A stretch of 64,000 nt of DNA from the human T2T-CHM13v2.0 reference genome, Homo sapiens: NCBI RefSeq assembly GCF_009914755.1, contig NC_060948.1, one strand, 5' to 3'. A model generated the notes under the pieces. It worked only from the letters and a program-made list of their open reading frames with translations, ran no database searches and was not told the origin of the DNA. Of the stretch, positions 13,787 to 28,044 are shown in pieces. A program made the translations under genes and the position numbers. Position 1 is the first letter of the stretch. Each line of letters starts with the position of its first letter.

Positions 13787-16700
13787 ATGGAATCGAACCA
13801 CAAGGAATGGACAGGAATAGAATGGTCTCGAATTGAATGGAATCGTATGGAATGGCATCAAACGGAATGGAATGGACAGCCACGGAATGGAATGCACTCG
13901 AATGCAACGGAGTCGAAACTTATGGACTGGAATAGAATGGACTCGACTGGTACGGACACCAATGGAATGGAATCGAATGGAAGGGATTCGAACGGAATGG
14001 ACTCGAAGGGAAAAGACTGCAATGGAAAGGTCTCGAATGGAATGGAAATTAATGGAATGGAATAGAATCGAATGAAATGGAGTCAAAAGGAATGGAATCG
14101 AATGGCAAGAAATCGAATGTAATGGAATCGCAAGGAATTGATGTGAACGGAACGGAATGGAATGGAATCCAAAGGAATGGAGTAGAATGGAATGGAATCG
14201 AATGGAAAGGACTCGAATGGAAATCACTCGAATAGAATGCAATTTAATAAAATAGGATCAAATGTAATTGAATGGAATGGAAAGGAATCGAAACGAAAGG
14301 AATGGAGACAGATGGAATGGAATGGAACAGGGAGCAATGGTATAGAATGGAATGGAATCATCTGGAATGGAATTGAATGGAATGGAATAATATGAAATGG
14401 AATGGAATGGAATGGAATGGAATGCCCTTGAATTAAATGGACTGGAATGGAATGGACTCGAACAGAGTGGAATGGAAAGTGTTGAGATAGAATGGAATGG
14501 ACTCTTTTGGAATGGTCTAGTATGCAATGCAATCGACTGGCAGGGAATCAAAAGGAATGTAATCGAATGGATTAGACTGGAATGCAATGGACTCGAATAG
14601 ATTGGAAACGGAATGCAAAGGAATGGAATGGAATAGTATGGAATGGAATGGAAAGGAATGGAGTGGAATAGACTAGAGTGGAATGGAATGGACTGGAAAG
14701 CAATGGACTGGAATGGAACTTTCTTGAATGGACTGGAATCAAACGGAATGGAATGCAATGCAATCAAATGGCATGGAATAAAATAGAATGAAAGAGAATC
14801 AAATGGAATTGAATCGAATGGAATCGAATGGATTGGAAAGGAATAGAATGGAATGGAATGGAATTGACTCAAATGGAATGGACTAGAATGGAATGGATTC
14901 GAATGGAAGGCAAAGGAATGGAATCTATTGGAATGGACTGTAATGGAATGGAATGGAAGGGATTGGAATGGACTCGAATGGAATGGACTGCAATAGAAAG
15001 GATTCGAATGGAATGAAAAAGAGTTGAATGGAATAGAACAGAATGGAATCAAATCGAATGAAATGGAATGGAATAGAAAGGAATGGAATGAAATGGAATG
15101 GAAAGGATTCGAATGGAATGCAATCGAATGGAATGGAATCGAACGGAATGGAATAAAATGGAAGAAAACTGGCAAGAAATGGAATCGAAATGAATGGAGT
15201 GTTATGGAACGGACTCAAAAGGAATTGAATGTAATAGAATGGAGTGGAGTGGACTCGAATATAATGGACTGGAATGGAATGAAATCACATGGAATGGGAA
15301 CGAATGGAATGGAATGGAAAGGAATGGAATCGAATGGAAAGGAATCGAATGGAAGGGAATGAAATTGAATCAACAGGAATGGAAGGGAATAGAATAGACG
15401 GTAATGGAATGGACTCGAATAGAATGGACACGAATGCTCAAATTGAATGGACTCGAATGGAATGGAAACGAAAGGAATGTCATCGAATGGAATTGAATCG
15501 ATTGGAATGAAATCGCATAGAATGGAGTGGAATCAAATGGAATTGAATCGAAAGGAAAGGAAGCGAATGGACTGAAATGAAATGGAATGGAATTGAATGG
15601 AAAGTAATGCAATGGAATAGAATGGAACGAAATTTCACGGAATGGAATCAAACTGAATGGAATCAAATCAATGGAATCAAATCAAATGGAATGGAAAGGA
15701 ATTGAATGGAGTAGATTGGATTGGATGGGATTGGAATGAAATGTACTGGAAAGGACTCGAATTTCATGAAACGGAATGGAATGAATTGGAACGGAATGGA
15801 CTCAAATGGAATGGAATGTCATGGAATGGCATCAAGTGGAATGGCATCAAATGGAATGGAATCGAATGCAATGGAATGCTATCGAATGGAATGGAATGCA
15901 TTGGAATGGAATGTCCTCTAATGGAATGGATTCGAGTGGAATGGAATCGAATATAATGGAGTCGAATGAAAAGGAATTGAAAGGAATGGGATCGAATACA
16001 ATGGAATATACTGGAATGTAATGTAATGAACTCGAATGTAATTGACTGGAATGGAAAGTACATGAATGGAATGTAATCGAATGGAAAGTAATCCAATGGA
16101 ATAGAATCTAATGCAATAAAATCGACTCAGATAGAGTAGAATGTAATGGAATGGAGGGCAGTGCAATGGAATGGAATGGAATGGAATGCAATGGAATGGA
16201 ATGGAATGGAATGGAATGGAATGGAATGGAATGGGATGGAATGGTATGGAATGGATAGTAATGGACTGGAATGAAATGGACTGGAAAAGAATGGACTCAA
16301 ATTGAAAGGGCTCGAAAGGAATGGAGTCAAATGGAATGGTCTGGAATGGAATGAACACGAATGTAATGCAATCCAATAGAATGGAATCGAATGGCATGGA
16401 ATATAAAGAAATGGAATCGAAGAGAATGGAAACAAATGGAATGGAATTGAATGGAATGGAATTGAATGGAATGGGAACGAATGGAGTGAAATTGTATGCA
16501 GTAGAAGAGAATAGAATGGAATGCAAGCGAAAGGAAAGGAATGGATTGCAATGGAATGGAATTCATTGAAATGGAAGGAAATGTAGTGTAATGGACAGGC
16601 CTGGAATAAAGTGGAATGCTACGGTCTCGAATGGAATAAAAATGTATGGAATGGAATGCAATTAAACGGAATCGAATGTCATAGAATGTAATGGAATGCA

Positions 16701-17349
16701 AAAAAATGGAATCCAAAATCATTGACTGGAAAGGCTGGGTGTCGAAAGGAATTGACTCCAATGGAATGGAATCGAATGGAATGGAAGTGAATAGAATCGA
16801 ACTAAATCGAATGGAATGGAATTGATAGGAACGGAATGGAAAGGAATGCAATGATTTGGCATGGAATGGAATCGAATGGCATCGAATGGAATGGAATGGA
16901 ATGCAATGGAAAGGAATGTATTAGAATGTAATGAACATTAATGGAATGTACTCGAATGGATTCGACTGGAATGGAATGTTCTGGAAGTGAATGGACTCCA
17001 ATGGAATGGATTCGAAAGGAATGGAATCGAACGGAATGGAATCTAATGGAATGGAATTAAATGGAAATGAATCAAATTGAATAGCCGGAATTGAATTGAA
17101 TGGAATCGAATGCAATGGAATCTAATGAAACGGAAAGGAAAGGAATGGAATGGAATGGAATGGGCTGGAATGGAAAGGAATCGAAACGAATGGAATGGAA
17201 GCGAACTGAAGAGACTGGAATGGAATGCACTGGAATGGAAGGGATTGTAATGGAAGGTTCTCGAAAATAATGGAAGCAAATGGAATGGAATTGAATGGAA
17301 CGGAATAGAGTCGAATGGAATTGAATGGAATGGAATGGACTAGAGTGAA
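13787..17349 (+). repeat. Monomer 5 (3563 bp), 'A' type
   Basis: Landmark spacing; markers ACTCTTTTGG, ATTAGACTGG, AAAGAGTTG, CTGGAAAAGAAT. Confidence 0.9.
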
Positions 17350-20300
17350 ATGGAATCGAACCACAAGGAATGGACAGGAATAGAATGGTCTCGAATTGAA
17401 TGGAATCGTATGGAATGGCATCAAACGGAATGGAATGGACAGCCACGGAATGGAATGGACTCGAATGCAATGGAGTCGAAACTTATGGACTGGAATAGAA
17501 TGGACTCGACTGGTACGGACTCCAATGGAATGGAATCGAATGGAAGGGATTCGAACGGAATGGACTCGAAGGGAAAAGACTGCAATGGAAAGGTCTCGAA
17601 TGGAATGGAAATTAATGGAATGGAATGGAATCGAATGAAATGGAGTCAAAAGGAATGGAATCGAATGGCAAGAAATCGAATGTAATGGAATCGCAAGGAA
17701 TTGATGTGAATGGAACGGAATGGAATGGAATCCAAAGGAATGGAATAGAATGGAATGGAATCGAATGGAAAGGACTCGAATGGAAATCACTCGAATAGAA
17801 TGCAATTTAATAAAATAGGATCAAATGTAATGGAATGGAATGGAAAGGAATCGAAACGAAAGGAATGGAGACAGATGGAATGGAATGGAACAGAGAGCAA
17901 TGGTATAGAATGGAATGGAATCATCTGGAATGGAATTGAATGGAATGGAATAATATGAAATGGAATGGAATGGAATGGAATGGAATGCCCTTGAATTAAA
18001 TGGACTGGAATGGAATGGACTCGAACAGAGTGGAATGGAAAGTGTTGAGATAGAATGGAATGGACTCCTTTGGAATGGTCTAGTATGCAATGCAATCGAC
18101 TGGCAGGGAATCAAAAGGAATGTAATGGAATGGATTGGACTGGAATGCAATGGACTCGAATAGATTGGAAACGGAATGCAAAGGAATGGAATGGAATAGT
18201 ATGGAATGGAATGGAAAGGAATGGAGTGGAATAGACTAGAGTGGAATGGAATGGACTGGAAAGCAATGGACTGGAATGGAACTTTCTTGAATGGACTGGA
18301 ATCAAACGGAATGGAATGCAATGCAATCAAATGGCATGGAATAAAATAGAATGAAAGAGAATCAAATGGAATTGAATCGAATGGAATCGAATGGATTGGA
18401 AAGGAATAGAATGGAATGGAATGGAATTGACTCAAATGGAATGGACTAGAATGGAATGGATTCGAATGGAAGGCAAAGGAATGGAATCTATTGGAATGGA
18501 CTGTAATGGAATGGAATGGAAGGGATTGGAATGGACTCGAATGGAATGGACTGCAATAGAAAGGATTCGAATGGAATGAAAAAGAATTGAATGGAATAGA
18601 ACAGAATGGAATCAAATCGAATGAAATGGAATGGAATAGAAAGGAATGGAATGAAATGGAATGGAAAGGATTCGAATGGAATGCAATCGAATGGAATGGA
18701 ATCGAACGGAATGGAATAAAATGGAAGAAAACTGGCAAGAAATGGAATCGAAATGAATGGAGTGTTATGGAACGGACTCAAAAGGAATTGAATGTAATAG
18801 AATGGAGTGGAGTGGACTCGAATATAATGGACTGGAATGGAATGAAATCACATGGAATGGGAACGAATGGAATGGAATGGAAAGGAATGGAATCGAATGG
18901 AAAGGAATCGAATGGAAGGGAATGAAATTGAATCAACAGGAATGGAAGGGAATAGAATAGACGGTAATGGAATGGACTCGAATAGAATGGACACGCATGC
19001 TCAAATTGAATGGACTCGAATGGAATGGAAACGAAAGGAATGTCATCGAATGGAATTGAATCGATTGGAATGAAATCGCATAGAATGGAGTGGAATCAAA
19101 TGGAATTGAATCGAAAGGAAAGGAAGCGAATGGACTGAAATGAAATGGAATGGAATTGAATGGAAAGTAATGCAATGGAATAGAATGGAACGAAATTTCA
19201 CGGAATGGAATCAAACTGAATGGAATCAAATCAATGGAATCAAATCAAATGGAATGGAGTAGATTGGATTGGATGGGATTGGAATGAAATGTACTGGAAA
19301 GGACTCGAATTTCATGAAACGGAATGGAATGAATTGGAACGGAATGGACTCGAATGGAATGGAATGTCATAGAATGGCATCAAATGGAATGGCATCAAAT
19401 GGAATGGAATCGAATGCAATGGAATGCTATGGAATGGAATGGAATGCATTGGAATGGAATGTCCTCTAAAGGAATGGATTCGAGTGGAATGGAATCGAAT
19501 ATAATGGAGTCGAATGAAATGGAATTGAAAGGAATGGGATCGAATACAATGGAATATACTGGAATGTAATGTAATGAACTCGAATGTAATCGACTGGAAT
19601 GGAATGTACATGAATGGAATGTAATCGAATGGAAAGTAATCCAATGGAATAGAATCTAATGCAATAAAATCGACTCAGATAGAGTAGAATGTAATGGAAT
19701 GGAGTGCAGTGCAATGGAATGGAATGGAATGGAATGCAATGGAATGGAATGGAATGGAATGGAATGGAATGGGATTGAATGGGATTGAATGGTATGGAAT
19801 GGATAGTAATGGACTGGAGTGAAATGGACTGGAAAGGAATGGACTCAAATTGAAAGGGCTCGAAAGGAATGGAGTCAAATGGAATGGTCTGGAATGGAAT
19901 GAACACGAATGTAATGCAATCCAATAGAATGGAATCGAATGGCATGGAATATAAAGAAATGGAATCGAAGAGAATGGAAACAAATGGAATGGAATTGAAT
20001 GGAATGGAATTGAATGGAAGGGGAACGAATGGAGTGAAATTGTATGCAGTAGAAGGGAATAGAATGGAATGCAACCGAAAGGAAAGGAATGGATTGGAAT
20101 GGAATGGAATTCATTGGAATGGAAGGGAATGTAGTGTAATGGACAGGCCTGGAATAAAGTGGAATGCTACGGTCTCGAATGGAATAAAAATGTATGGAAT
20201 GGAATGCAATGAAACGGAATCGAATGTCATAGAATGTAATGGAATGCAAAAAAATGGAATCCAAAATCATTGAATGGAAAGGCTGGGTGTCGAAAGGAAT

Positions 20301-20897
20301 TGACTGCAATGGAATGGAATCGAATGGAATGGAAGTGAATAGAATCGAACTAAATCGAATGGAATGGAATTGATAGGAACGGAATGGAAAGGAATGCAAT
20401 GATTTGGCATGGAATGGAATCGAATGGCATCGAATGGAATGGAATGGAATGCAATGGAATGGAATGTATTAGAATGTAATGAACATTAGTAGAATGTACT
20501 CGAATGGATTCGACTGGAATGGAATGTTCTGGAAGTGAATGGACTCCAATGGAATGGATTCGAAAGGAATGGAATCGAACGGAATGGAATCTAATGGAAT
20601 GGAATTAAATGGAAATGAATCAAATTGAATAGCACGGAATTGAATTGAATGGAATCGAATGCAATGGAATCTAATGAAACGGAAAGGAAAGAATGGAATG
20701 GAATAGAATGGGCTGGAATGGAAAGGAATCGAAACGAATGGAATGGAATCGAACTGAAGAGACTGGAATGGAATGCACTGGAATGGAAGGGAGTGTAATG
20801 GAAGGTTCTCGAAAAAAATGGAATCGAATGGAATGGAATTGAATGGAACGGAATAGAGTCGAATGGAATTGAATGGAATGGAATGGACTAGAGTGAA
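17350..20897 (+). repeat. Monomer 6 (3548 bp), sister of monomer 4
   Basis: Landmark spacing; GCATGC at 18995 and the same 15-bp deletion near 19250. Confidence 0.9.
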
Positions 20898-23800
20898 ATG
20901 GAATCGAACCACAAGGAATGGACAGGAATAGAATGGTCTCGAATTGAATGGAATCGTATTGAATGGCATCAAACGGAATGGAATGGACAGCCACGGAATG
21001 GAATGCACTCGAATGCAATGGAGTCGAAACTAATGGACTGGAATAGAATGGACTCGACTGGTACGGACTCCAATGCAATGGAATCGAATGGAAGGGATTC
21101 GAACGGAATGGACTCGAATGGAAAAGACTGCAATGGAAAGGTCTCGAATGGAATGGAAATTAATGGAATGGAATGGAATCGAATGAAATGGAGTCAAAAG
21201 GAATGGAATCGAATGGCAAGAAATCGAATGTAATGGAATCGCAAGGAATTGATGTGAACGGAACGGAATGGAATGGAATCCAAAGGAATGGAATAGAATG
21301 GAATGGAATCGAATGGAAAGGACTCGAATGGAAATCACTCGAATAGAATGCAATTTAATAAAATAGGATCAAATGTAATAGAATGGAATGGAAAGGAATC
21401 GAAACGGAAGGAATGGAGACAGATGGAATGGAATGGAACAGAGAGCAATGGTATAGAATGGAATGGAATCATCTGGAATGGAATTGAATGGAATGGAATA
21501 ATATGAAATGGAATGGAATGGAATGGAATGGAATGCCCTTGAATTAAATGGACTGGAATGGAATGGACTCAAACAGAGTGGAATGGAAAGTGTGGAGATA
21601 GAATGGAATGAACTCCTTTGGAATGGTGTAGTATGCAATGCAATAGACTGGCAGGGAATCAAAAGGAATGTAATCGAATGGATTGGACTGGAATGCAATG
21701 GACTCGAATAGATTGGAAACGGAATGCAAAGGAATGGAATGGAATAGTATGGAATGCAATGGAAAGGAATGGAGTGGAATAGACTAGAGTGGAATGGAAT
21801 GGACTGGAAAGCAATGGACTGGAATGGAACTTTCTTGGATGGACTGGAATCAAACGGAATGGAATGCAATGCAGTCAAATGGCATGGAATAAAATAGAAT
21901 GAAAGAGAATCAAATGGAATTGAATCGAATGGAATCGAATGGATTGGAAAGGAATAGAATGGAATGGAATGGAATTGACTCAAATGGAATGGACTAGAAT
22001 GGAATGGATTCGAATGGAAGGCAAAGGAATGGAATCTATTGGAATGGACTGTAATGGAATGGAATGGAAGGGATTGGAATGGACTCGAATGGAATGGACT
22101 GCAATAGAAAGGATTCGAATGGAATGAAAAAGAATTGAATGGAATAGAACAGAATGGAATCAAATCGAATGAAATGGAATGGAATAGAAAGGAATGGAAT
22201 GAAATGGAATGGAAAGGATTCGAATGGAATGCAATCGAATGGAATGGAATCGAACGGAATGGAATAAAATGGAAGAAAACTGGCAAGAAATGGAATCGAA
22301 ATGAATGGAGTGTTATGGAACGGACTCAAAAGGAATTGAATGTAATAGAATGGAGTGGAGTGGACTCGAATATAATGGACTGGAATGGAATGAAATCACA
22401 TGGAATGGGAACGAATGGAATGGAATGGAAAGGAATGGAATTGAATGGAAAGGAATCGAATGGAAGGGAATGAAATTGAATCAACAGGAATGGAAGGGAA
22501 TAGAATAGACGGTAATGGAATGGACTCGAATAGAATGGACACGAATGCTCAAATTAAATGGACTCGAATGGAATGGAAACGAAAGGAATGTCATCGAATG
22601 GAATTGAATCGATTGGAATGAAATCGCATAGAATGGAGTGGAATCAAATGGAATTGAATCGAAAGGAAAGGAAGCGAATGGACTGAAATGAAATGGAATG
22701 GAATTGAATGGAAAGTAATGCAATGGAATAGAATGGAACGAAATTTCACGGAATGGAATCAAACTGAATGGAATCAAATCAATGGAATCAAATCAAATGG
22801 AATGGAAAGGAATTGAATGGAGTAGATGGGATTGGATGGGATTGGAATGAAATGTACTGGAAAGGACTCGAATTTCATGAAACGGAATGGAATGAATTGG
22901 AACGGAATGGACTCGAATGGAATGGAATGTCATGGGATGGCATCAAATGGAATGGCATCAAATGGAATGGAATCGAATGCAATGGAATGCTATGGAATGG
23001 AATGGAATGCATTGGAATGGAATGTCCTCTAATGGAATGGATTCGAGTGGAATGGAATTGAATATAATGGAGTCGAATGAAATGGAATTGAAAGGAATGG
23101 GATCGAATACAATGGAATATACTGGAATGTAACGTAATGAACTCGAATGTAATTGACTGGAATGGAATGTACATGAATGGAATGTAATCGAATGGAAAGT
23201 AATCCAATGGAATAGAATCTAATGCAATAAAATCGACTCAGATAGAGTAGAATGTAATGGAATGGAGTGCAGTGCAATGGAATGGAATGGAATGGAATGC
23301 AATGGAATGGAATGGAATGGAATGGAATGGAATGGAATGGAATGGAATGGGATGGAATGGAATGGAATGGAATGGAATGGGATGGAATGGGATGGAATGG
23401 ATAGTAATGGACTGGAGTGAAATGGACTGGAAAGGAATGGACTCAAATTGAAAGGTCTCGAAAGGAATGGAGTCAAATGGAATGGTCTGGAATGGAATGA
23501 ACACGAATGTAATGCAACCCAATAGAATGGAATCGAATGGCATGGAATATAAAGAAATGGAATCGAAGAGAATGGAAACAAATGGAATGGAATTGAATGG
23601 AATGGAATTGAATGGAATGGGAACGAATGGAGTGAAATTGTGTGCAGTAGAAGAGAATAGAATGGAATGCAAGCGAAAGGAAAGGAATGGATTGGAATGG
23701 AATGGAATTCATTGGAATGGAAGGGAATGTAGTGTAATGGACAGGCCTGGAATAAAGTGGAATGCTACGGTCTCGAATGGAATAAAAATGTATGGAATGG

Positions 23801-24471
23801 AATGCAATGAAACGGAATCGAATGTCATAGAATGTAATGGAATGCAAAAAAATGGAATCCAAAATCATTGACAGGAAAGGCTGGGTGTCGAAAGGAATTG
23901 ACTCCAATGGAATGGAATCGAATGGAATGGAAGTGAATAGAATCGAACTAAATCGAATGGAATGGAATTGATAGGAACGGAATAGAAAGGAATGCAATGA
24001 TTTGGCATGGAATGGAATCGAATGGCATCGAATGGAATGCAATGGAATGGAATGTATTAGAATGTAATGAACTTTAATGGAATGTACTCGAATGGATTCG
24101 ACTGGAATGGAATGTTCTGGAAGTGAATGGACTCCAATGGAATGGATTCAAAAGGAATGGAATCGTACGGAATGGAATCTAATGGAATGGAATTAAATGG
24201 AAATGAATCAAATTGAATAGCACGGAATTGAATTGAATGGAATGGAATGCAATGGAATCTAATGAAACGGAAAGGAAAGGAATGGAATGGAATGGAATGG
24301 GCTGGAATGGAAAGGAATCGAAACGAATGGAATGGAATCGAAGTGAAGAGACTGCAATGGAATGCACTGGAATGGAAGGTTCTCGAAAAAAATGGAATCC
24401 AATGGAATGGAATTGAATGGAACGGAATAGTGTCGAATGGAATTGAATGGAATGGAATGGACTAGAGTGAA
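20898..24471 (+). repeat. Monomer 7 (3574 bp)
   Basis: Landmark spacing; strongly expanded GGAAT tract (23265-23400). Confidence 0.9.
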
Positions 24472-27400
24472 ATGGAATCGAACCACAAGGAATGGACAGG
24501 AATAGAATGGTCTCGAATTGAATGGAATCGTATGGAATGGCATCAAACGGAATGGAATGGACAGCCACGGAATGGAATGCACTCGAATGCAATGGAGTCG
24601 AAACTAATGGACTGGAATAGAATGGACTCGACTGGTACGGACTCCAATGGAATGGAATCGAATGGAAGGGAATCGAACGGAAGGGAATCGAACGGAATGG
24701 ACTCGAAGGGAAAAGACTGCAATGGAAAGGTCTCGAATGGAATGGAAATTAATGGAATGGAGTGGAATCGAATGAAATGGAGTCAAAAGGAATGGAATCG
24801 AATGGCAAGAAATCGAATGTAATGGAATCGCCAGGAATTGATGTGAACGGAACGGAATGGAATGGAATCCAAAGGAATGGAATAGAATGGAATGGAATCG
24901 AATGGAAAGGACTCGAATGGAAATCACTCGAATAGAATGCAATTTAATAAAATAGGATCAAATGTAATGGAATGGAATGGAAAGGAATCGAAAGAAAGGA
25001 ATGGAGACAGATGGAATGGAATGGAACAGAGAACAATGGTATAGAATGGAATGGAATCATCTGGAATGGAATTGAATGGAATGGAATAATATGAAATGGA
25101 ATGGAATGGAATGGAATGGAATGCCCTTCAATTAAATGGACTGGAATGGAATGGACTCAAACAGAGTGGAATGGAAAGTGTGGAGATAGAATGGAATGAA
25201 CTCCTTTGGAATGGTGTAGTATGCAATGCAATCGACTGGCAGGGAATCAAAAGGAATGTAATCGAATGGATTGGACTGGAATGCAATGGACTCGAATAGA
25301 TTGGAAACGGAATGCAAAGGAATGGAATGGAATAGTATGGAATGCAATGGAAGGGAATGGAGTGGAATAGACTAGAGTGGAATGGAATGGACTGGAAAGC
25401 AATGGACTGGAATGGAACTTTCTTGGATGGACTGGAATCAAACGGAATGGAATGCAATGCAATCAAATGGCATGGAATAAAATAGAATGAAAGAGAATCA
25501 AATGGAATTGAATCGAATGGAATCGAATGGATTGGAAAGGAATAGAATGGAATGGAATGGAATTGACTCAAATGGAATGGACTAGAATGGAATGGATTCG
25601 AATGGAAGGCAAAGGAATGGAATCTATTGGAATGGACTGTAATGGAATGGAATGGAAGGGATTGGAATGGACTCGAATGGAATGGACTGCAATAGAAAGG
25701 ATTCGAATGGAATGAAAAAGAATTGAATGGAATAGAACAGAATGGAATCAAATCGAATGAAATGGAATGGAATAGAAAGGAATGGAATGAAATGGAATGG
25801 AAAGGATTCGAATGGAATGCAATCGAATGGAATGGAATCGAACGGAATGGAATAAAATGGAAGAAAACTGGCAAGAAATGGAATCGAAATGAATGGAGTG
25901 TTATGGAACGGACTCAAAAGGAATTGAATGTAATAGAATGGAGTGGAGTGGACTCGAATATAATGGACTGGAATGGAATGAAATCACATGGAATGGGAAC
26001 GAATGGAATGGAATGGAAAGGAATGGAATCGAATGGAAAGGAATCGAATGGAAGGGAATGAAATTGAATCAACAGGAATGGAAGGGAATAGAATAGACTG
26101 TAATGGAATGGACTCGAATAGAATGGACACGAATGCTCAAATTAAATGGACTCGAATGGAATGGAAACGAAAGGAATGTCATCGAATGGAATTGAATCGA
26201 TTGGAATGAAATCGCATAGAATGGAGTGGAATCAAATGGAATTGAATCGAAAGGAAAGGAAGCGAATGGACTGAAATGAAATGGAATGGAATTGAATGGA
26301 AAGTAATGCAATGGAATAGAATGGAACGAAATTTCACGGAATGGAATCAAACTGAATGGAATCAAATCAATGGAATCAAATCAAATGGAATGGAAAGGAA
26401 TTGAATGGAGTAGATGGGATTGGATGGGATTGGAATGAAATGTACTGGAAAGGACTCGAATTTCATGAAACGGAATGGAATGAATTGGAACGGAATGGAC
26501 TCGAATGGAATGGAATGTCATGGGATGGCATCAAATGGAATGGCATCAAATGGAATGGAATCGAATGCAATGGAATGCTATGGAATGGAATGGAATGCAT
26601 TGGAATGGAATGTCCTCTAATGGAATGGATTCGAGTGGAATGGAATCGAATATAATGGAGTCGAATGAAATGGAATTGAAAGGAATGGGATCGAATACAA
26701 TGGAATATACTGGAATATAACGTAATGAACTCGAATGTAATTGACTGGAATGGAATGTACATGAATGGAATGTAATCGAATGGAAAGTAATCCAATGGAA
26801 TAGAATCTAATGCAATAAAATCGACTCAGATAGAGTAGAATGTAATGGAATGGAGTGCAGTGCAATGGAATGGAATGGAATGGAATGCAATGGAATGGAA
26901 AGGAATGGAATGGAATGGAATGGAATGGGATGGAATGGTATGGAATGGATAGTAATGGACTGGAGTGAAATGGACTGGAAAGGAATGGACTCAAATTGAA
27001 AGGGCTCGAAAGGAATGGAGTCAAATGGAATGGTCTGGAATGGAATGAACACGAATGTAATGCAACCCAATAGAATGGAATCGAATGGCATGGAATATAA
27101 AGAAATGGAATTGAAGAGAATGGAAACAAATGGAATGGAATTGAATGGAATGGAATTGAATGGAATGGGAACGAATGGAGTGAAATTGTATGCAGTAGAA
27201 GAGAATAGAATGGAATGCAAGCGAAAGGAAAGGAATGGATTGGAATGGAATGGAATTCATTGGAATGGAAGGGAATGTAGTGTAATGGACAGGCCTGGAA
27301 TAAAGTGGAATGCTACGGTCTCGAATGGAATAAAAATGTATGGAATGGAATGCAATGAAACGGAATCGAATGTCATAGAATGTAATGGAATGCAAAAAAA

Positions 27401-28044
27401 TGGAATCCAAAATCATTGACTGGAAAGGCTGGGTGTCGAAAGGAATTGACTCCAATGGAATGGAATCGAATGGAATGGAAGTGAATAGAATCGAACTAAA
27501 TCGAATGGAATGGAATTGATAGGAACGGAATGGAAAGGAATGCAATGATTTGGCATGGAATGGAATCGAATGGCATCGAATGGAATGGAATGGAATGCAA
27601 TGGAATGGAATGTATTAGAATGTAATGAACTTTAATGGAATGTACTCGAATGGATTCGACTGGAATGGAATGTTCTGGAAGTGAATGGACTCCAATGGAA
27701 TGGATTCAAAAGGAATGGAATCGTACAGAATGGAATCTAATGGAATGGAATTAAATGGAAATGAATCAAATTGAATAGCACGGAATTGAATTGAATGGAA
27801 TGGAATGCAATGGAATCTAATGAAACGGAAAGGAAAGGAATGGAATGGAATGGAATGGGCTGGAATGGAAAGGAATCGAAACGAATGGAATGGAATCGAA
27901 GTGAAGAGACTGGAATGGAATGCACTGGAATGGAAGGGAGTGTAATGGAAGATTCTCGAAAAAAATGGAATCGAATGGAATGGAATTGAATGGAACGGAA
28001 TAGAGTCGAATGGAATTGAATGGAATGGAATGGACTAGAGTGAA
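24472..28044 (+). repeat. Monomer 8 (3573 bp), 'B' type
   Basis: Landmark spacing; first monomer with the 15-bp GGAAGGGAATCGAAC duplication; 1-bp deletion ATCGAAAGAAAGG. Confidence 0.9.
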
